Shown here: positions 60,901 to 64,000 of the stretch, one piece after another
How the letters are laid out: each line of letters opens with the position of its first letter
Position numbering within the stretch: the stretch's first letter is position 1
DNA from: Mizuhopecten yessoensis
Lineage: Eukaryota
Length of the DNA stretch: 64,000 nt
Assembly: GCF_002113885.1 (NCBI RefSeq)
Contig: NW_018404542.1
Location: forward strand, 300,485-364,484
Direction: 5' to 3'
Position numbers and translations under genes: made by a program
The notes under the pieces: model-generated
Database searches by the model: none
Seen by the model: only the letters and a program-made list of their open reading frames with translations
What the model was told of the DNA's origin: nothing

Positions 60901-62237
60901 TAGAGGTGAGTACATGACGTTATCAGGTAGTGGTGAGTACATGACATTATCGGGTAGAGGTGAGTACATGACATTATCAGGTAGACCTTATCAGGTAGTG
61001 GTGAGTACATGACATTATCAGGTAGGGATGAGTACATGACATTATCAGGTGGTGATGAGTACATGTACTCACCACTACATGACATTATCAGGTAGTGGTG
61101 AGTACATGACATTATCAGGTAGTGATGAGTACATGACATTATCAGGTGGTGATGAGTACATGCACCACTACAGTAGTGGTGAGTGAGTACATGACATTAT
61201 CAGGTAGAGGTGAGTACATGACATTATCAGGTAGACCTTATCAGGTAGTGGTGAGTACATGACATTATCAGATAGTGGTGAGTACATGAAATTATCAGGT
61301 AGTGGTGAGTACATGACTTAATCAGGTAGTGGTGAGTGAGTACATGACATTATCAGGTAGAGGTGAGTACATGACATTATCAGGTAGAGGTGAGTACATG
61401 ACATTATCAGGTAGTGGTGAGTACATGACTTAATCAGGTAGAGGTGTGAGTACATGACAATATCAGGTAGTATAGAGGTGAATACTTGACGTTATCAGGT
61501 AGTGGTGAGTACTTCACATTATCAGGTAGTGGTGAGTACATCACATTACCTAGTAGAGGTGAGCTCATCACATTATTGACCTGACCACCACTTCCTTTAT
61601 TTGGTGTGTAACTTATCTGTAAATGCTCAGATGAAAAGCTACCAAATTTGTTCAAAAAAATGTTCTTCACCTCTGTTCAAGGTCACAGAGCTCATTTTAT
61701 CTGCTTTTGTAATATGAATAAATGATGAGTCATGCTGGAATGAATGGCCTTCAAGTGTGTTCAAACTAATGGTCATTAGCTATGTTCAAGGTCACAGCTG
61801 GGGTTATATGTATTGAAAACTTTTTAAAGTAAAGTAATGACACAAGAAGATCATACTTCAGTTCCCTATTTTAGTAAAGAGTTCACTTCTATTGAACAAA
61901 ACTAGAAACAAGAATTCATCAAGACACAAGAAATATGTATCTTTGACTTGTAAATGAAATTTGAAACTATTTCATATTGTATCTTAACATGGCAGGAGGA
62001 TGATGAGGTTGAGGGTCGTGCGAGTGAGGACGACAGTAGCTCTGATGATGAGCATATGTGGACTGACGACCACAAACGAGAGTACCACGAGGCAAAGCGT
62101 CTTCAGTATGAGAAGGATCGTCAGGACAGACTGGAGAAAAAGGAACTTGGTGATACCAGCCAGCCAAGGTTCTACCAACTCAAGGAAGGACAGGATGCTA
62201 ACAAGAGAGAAGACAAGCACAAGAGAAAAGAACAACG
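36927..62237 (+). CDS. NOL10: Multi-exon gene: nucleolar protein 10 (NOL10/Enp2, WD40 + NUC153 ribosome biogenesis factor); last exon(s) outside the window
   Basis: 17 exons with consistent phases. The translation matches the NOL10 family as I recall it: GKSLPEWLSDRKKR, RRRIELLQDFEMP, GTYKPR, VYRLNLEQGRFLNP, APKWCSFLDNMTEELE, VYDDYKFVT, LRAYMHGFFIDIRLY, LPKVN, EEYRLLNP. Confidence 0.96.
37293..37338 (+). CDS. NOL10: NOL10 exon 2 (WLSDRKRRALLKQDV)
   Basis: TTACAG|...|GTAAGT, phase 0-1. Confidence 0.93.
38052..38150 (+). CDS. NOL10: NOL10 exon 3 (DIRRRIELLQDFEMPTVS...ICTT)
   Basis: Phase 1-1, GT-AG. Confidence 0.93.
38165..38373 (-). mobile_element. tRNA-derived SINE with V-type core
   Basis: Minus strand: A-box TGGCCAAGTGG, core TTTTCTCTAGGAACTCCGCTTTTCCTCCAC, tail GCACGTCCTTAAATGACCATTGCTGTTAATAGGA. 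Confidence 0.75.
38470..38750 (-). mobile_element. 3' end of a CR1-type LINE with (ATT)n tail
   Basis: Minus-strand RIVNHWNSLPDTVITSPTIKTFESHLDKYW followed by a short UTR and a trinucleotide tail. Confidence 0.75.
39207..39480 (+). mobile_element. tRNA-derived SINE-like element
   Basis: A-box TGGTCGAGTGG and B-box GGTTCGATTCC at tRNA spacing, no closing acceptor stem; 3' limit uncertain. Confidence 0.55.
39531..40357. repeat. 55-bp minisatellite built from a MITE left terminus
   Basis: About 15 copies of TTAAGGATCCCTGTCCCACTACACTGTGTTTATTCCTATATACAGTAACCTCCCC. Confidence 0.93.
40250..40653. mobile_element. Kolobok-like MITE of the same family as 14546-14909
   Basis: Ends in GCAGTGGTATAGGGATCC|TTAA; the internal TTTATCAAAGCTATAGTCATG block is shared with the 14.8-kb copy. 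Confidence 0.7.
40760..40875 (+). CDS. NOL10: NOL10 exon 4 (GTYKPRFRCYD...DNDYSK)
   Basis: Phase 1-0, GT-AG. Confidence 0.93.
41966..42102 (+). CDS. NOL10: NOL10 exon 5 (VVFLQCDRYIEFH...MYIGGV)
   Basis: Phase 0-2, GT-AG. Confidence 0.93.
42576..43107 (+). mobile_element. HINE/DINE-1-like element with about 155-bp internal tandem repeats
   Basis: TTTTTATATGCCCGTC start, (GTCC)n, internal units at 42652, 42807 and 42963, end GGGCGTAT...CCGCCCCGCGGTACTCTTGTT. Confidence 0.75.
43207..43272 (+). CDS. NOL10: NOL10 exon 6 (SEVYRLNLEQGRFLNPLVVEA)
   Basis: Phase 2-2, GT-AG. Confidence 0.93.
43363..43895. repeat. 35-36-bp minisatellite (GGTATTAGCTAACCTGCACAATTTGTGGATATTTAT)n
   Basis: About 15 copies running into the left end of a HINE-like element. 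Confidence 0.92.
44330..44449. repeat. 39-bp G-rich tandem repeat, 3 copies
   Basis: AGAGAGTTGGTCCTACCGGGGCTAAGACGTGGGTGGGGT x3. Confidence 0.9.
44627..45893 (+). mobile_element. HINE/DINE-1-like element (inner member) with internal repeats
   Basis: Subterminal IR GGTCACCTGAG / CTCAGGTGACC, (GTCC/GTC)n tract, duplicated internal block of about 320 bp. Confidence 0.75.
46421..46481 (+). CDS. NOL10: NOL10 exon 7 (EVNCCQFNPSNYLLACGTSM)
   Basis: Phase 2-0, GT-AG. Confidence 0.9.
47018..47103 (+). CDS. NOL10: NOL10 exon 8 (GTVECFDPRVRTRVGVLDIAL...)
   Basis: Phase 0-2, GT-AG. Confidence 0.92.
47490..47568 (+). CDS. NOL10: NOL10 exon 9 (TLDLPAVTALKFRDGLNMAVGTSTGH)
   Basis: Phase 2-0, donor CAT|GTAAGT. 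Confidence 0.92.
47533..48992 (+). repeat. 48-bp minisatellite made of the last 36 nt of NOL10 exon 9 plus the first 12 nt of the intron
   Basis: Unit GGTGTTAACATGGCGGTAGGAACGAGCACCGGTCAT-ATAAGTATATGT versus exon end GGTCTCAACATGGCTGTAGGAACGAGCACGGGTCAT|GTAAGTATATGT; about 27 copies. Confidence 0.95.
49581..49822 (+). repeat. 77-bp triplication of the NOL10 exon 10 acceptor
   Basis: TTTGTGTTTAG|GTATTGCTGTAT(A/G)ACATGAGATCTG with exon-like starts at 49644, 49721 and 49798. Confidence 0.93.
49798..49947 (+). CDS. NOL10: NOL10 exon 10 (VLLYDMRSDKPLLVKDHQYELPIK...LWNRET)
   Basis: Phase 0-0, acceptor TGTTTAG|GTA. Confidence 0.93.
50398..50517 (+). CDS. NOL10: NOL10 exon 11 (GKAFTSIEPG...SYYIP)
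   Basis: Phase 0-0, GT-AG. Confidence 0.93.
51295..51373 (+). CDS. NOL10: NOL10 exon 12 (TLGTAPKWCSFLDNMTEELEEKTADM)
   Basis: Phase 0-1, GT-AG. Confidence 0.93.
51491..52137 (+). mobile_element. 5'-truncated I-group (RNase H-bearing) LINE with 10-bp TSD
   Basis: PGHAGILGNEKADRAAK (RNase H C-terminus), IGH...PQCITC zinc-finger remnant, (TAA)n tail, TGCACATAAG at 51481-51490 and 52138-52147. Confidence 0.88.
52650..54635. repeat. 37-42-bp minisatellite (TTGACACTTTGTAGGTCACAATCTCAGAGCTGTACATGT)n
   Basis: About 50 copies in NOL10 intron 12. Confidence 0.96.
55165..55292 (+). CDS. NOL10: NOL10 exon 13 (VYDDYKFVT...FFIDIRLYHR)
   Basis: Phase 1-0, GT-AG. Confidence 0.94.
55550..55648 (+). CDS. 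NOL10: NOL10 exon 14 (AKAMVEPFAYDEYRKKKIREK...RSK)
   Basis: Phase 0-0, GT-AG. Confidence 0.93.
55755..56215. repeat. About 44-bp minisatellite with variable (AT)n
   Basis: ATGTACTAGTGTAACAGTCGATGATACACTGTATATATATAAAT, about 10 copies. Confidence 0.92.
56500..57100 (-). mobile_element. Degenerate CR1/L2-type LINE fragment (ORF1 and endonuclease start)
   Basis: LKSRIDDVEQYSRR resembles the ORF1 LEQYSRR motif; LLLPETC resembles the endonuclease TETW motif. Confidence 0.5.
57489..57581 (+). CDS. NOL10: NOL10 exon 15 (KLPKVNRDLAEKLL...KKRAK)
   Basis: Phase 0-0, GT-AG. Confidence 0.92.
57600..59112. repeat. 34-bp minisatellite (CAGTATGCTATTTCCTAGACACCTTGTGTGGCCT)n with higher-order blocks
   Basis: About 38 copies; a spacer of about 40 bp recurs near 57603, 57857, 58043 and 58263. 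Confidence 0.95.
59245..59421 (+). CDS. NOL10: NOL10 exon 16, NUC153 region (LLEDNRFSEMFTKTDFQID...YEEVE)
   Basis: Phase 0-0, donor GAG|GTAAGT. Confidence 0.93.
59416..61575 (+). repeat. 27-bp minisatellite made of the last 6 nt of NOL10 exon 16 plus 21 nt of intron
   Basis: Unit GTAGAG-GTGAGTACATGACATTATCAG, about 70-80 copies; N-gap at 59726-59910. Confidence 0.96.
59726..59910. other. Assembly gap within the 27-bp array
   Basis: Run of N. Confidence 1.
61996..62237 (+). CDS. NOL10: NOL10 exon 17 (EDDEVEGRASEDDSSSDDEHMW...KRKEQ)
   Basis: Phase 0-2, donor CG|GTAAGA; acidic/basic C-terminal region. Confidence 0.9.
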
Positions 62238-63038
62238 GTAAGATTTGTGTACAGTACTCTCTGTGTAACATACAAAGAGAAAAGGACTCCGGTAAGATTT
62301 GTGTACAGTACTCTGTGTAACATACAAAGAGAAAAGAACTCTGGTAAGATTTGTGTACAGTACTCTCTGTGTAACATACACAAGAGAAAAGGACTCCGGT
62401 AAGATTTGTGTACAGTACTCTGTGTAACATACAAAGAGAAAAGAACTCTGGTAAGATTTGTGTACGAAACTCTCTGTGTAACATACACAAGAGAAAAGAA
62501 CAACGGTAAGATTTGTGTACAGTACTCTCTGTGTAACATACAAAGAGAAAAGACACCGGTAAGATTTGTGTACAGTACTCTGTGTAACATACAAAGAGAA
62601 AAGACACCGGTAAGATTTGTGTACAGTACTCTCTGTGTAACATACAAAGAGAAAAGGACTCCGGTAAGATTTGTGTACAGTACTCTGTGTAACATACAAA
62701 GAGAAAAGAACTCTGGTAAGATTTGTGTACAGTACTCTCTGTGTAACATACACAAGAGAAAAGGACTCCGGTAAGATTTGTGTACAGTACTCTGTGTAAC
62801 ATACAAAGAGAAAAGAACTCTGGTAAGATTTGTGTACGAAACTCTCTGTGTAACATACACAAGAGAAAAGAACAACGGTAAGATTTGTGTACAGTACTCT
62901 CTGTGTAACATACAAAGAGAAAAGGACTCCGGTAAGATTTGTGTACAGTACTCTCTGTGTAACATACAAAGAGAAAAGACACCGGTAAGATTTGTGTACA
63001 GTACTCTGTATAACATACAAAGAGAAAAAAACTCCGGT
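62218..63038 (+). repeat. 51-55-bp minisatellite made of the end of NOL10 exon 17 plus its donor; 372-bp higher-order repeat
   Basis: AAGAGAAAAGAACAACG|GTAAGATTTGTGTACAGTACTCTCTGTGTAACATAC; 14 extra GTAAGA donors. Confidence 0.95.
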
Positions 63039-64000
63039 GTTGAACAGAATGGCTCTAGCTGACCGTGACATGTTACAGTCTCAGTCACTGCCATAGTAAG
63101 ATGTTGTACATGAATAAATTTCTCATGTTTTTAGATTCTTTGAAAGCAGGTAAAAGGATTTTTTCAAATAAATATCAGATTTCTCATCCATGGGAACCTG
63201 ATGACATTGTCATTCATGAGCAGATCAGTGTGATTTGTTAAATCATAGATAAGACATTCTCAACAGATTTCTGAATAACAATATCTATTGATTTGTGACA
63301 TTATGAATTATTCATACATACAAATTAATACTTCTTTTTAACAGTCAAATTGTCATATTTTCATATTCAAATATTCAACAAGCTGTTTGAAAAATGCATA
63401 TTAAATATATATTCGTGTAATGACAATCAAGAAATATATAACTGTAATGTCACTCCTATTCCAAATATTAAAACAAGTAATTTTGTTTTGATGTTCATAT
63501 GCTTTCTTAGCAGTAACATGACAGGTTTTTCAAAATTAGTACCTGAAAGATTTCAAGCATTTGAATATGTTTTTGTAATAATTCCACAGAAAAATACGGT
63601 CGACACATTTTCCCATAAAGACATTAAGTAAAATATTACCCTTTGCACAGCAATAGGAAAAGACAAGATTTTCAACAAGGGAGACAATTATGATGGCATG
63701 ATAATATTAATGTGAAGGTTTTGTATGAAATGATAAAGTCATTGAGGAAACAACTGCTCTGCCTTCCAATGATTTGATGCATTCAATGCTTGCATAGTTA
63801 TATTAGTGTATGCATATAATGTAAGATTGTAGAATTCAAATGTGAAAGATTATTTAATTAGAATCGTTGGGTAACAATTTTAATGATACTGCCTTTTCAC
63901 AGTTTTTGCTGCCATGACCTCTGATTGGCTGAGACAAAATGATTATAACTCAAGTTGTATGGGACAGACTTTATTAATACTCTGGGTGATACGTATGTAG

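Noticed and set aside
59372-63094. Many Cys/Tyr/His-rich periodic ORFs
   Set aside because: Translations of the 27-bp and 53-bp arrays; only 59245-59421 and 61996-62237 are coding.

Overview
AT-rich, intron-rich eukaryotic DNA, probably from a bivalve mollusc (inferred from the SINE and Helentron-type repeat families and the EGF-PTP architecture; not proven). It holds two head-to-head genes, both running off the window edges. (1) Minus strand, 32036 to <148: a receptor-type protein tyrosine phosphatase with a signal peptide, 11 open EGF-like exons (ten 96 nt, one 90 nt, all phase 1-1), a TM exon and a catalytically intact PTP domain ([17 protein letters not shown]). Seven EGF exons sit in a recent tandem array (13.2-21.5 kb) interleaved with dead exon copies and crossed by an assembly gap. 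(2) Plus strand, 36927 to >62237: NOL10, 17 coding exons traced by hand with consistent GT-AG phases. Introns are packed with mutually unrelated minisatellites and TE fragments. The most striking pattern is that several arrays are amplifications of functional boundaries. Four NOL10 splice junctions are tandemly multiplied into dozens of decoy donor, acceptor or AG|GT sites, and two more arrays are amplified transposon termini. Most ORFs in the supplied track are repeat artefacts. All calls are manual reading, with no database searches.
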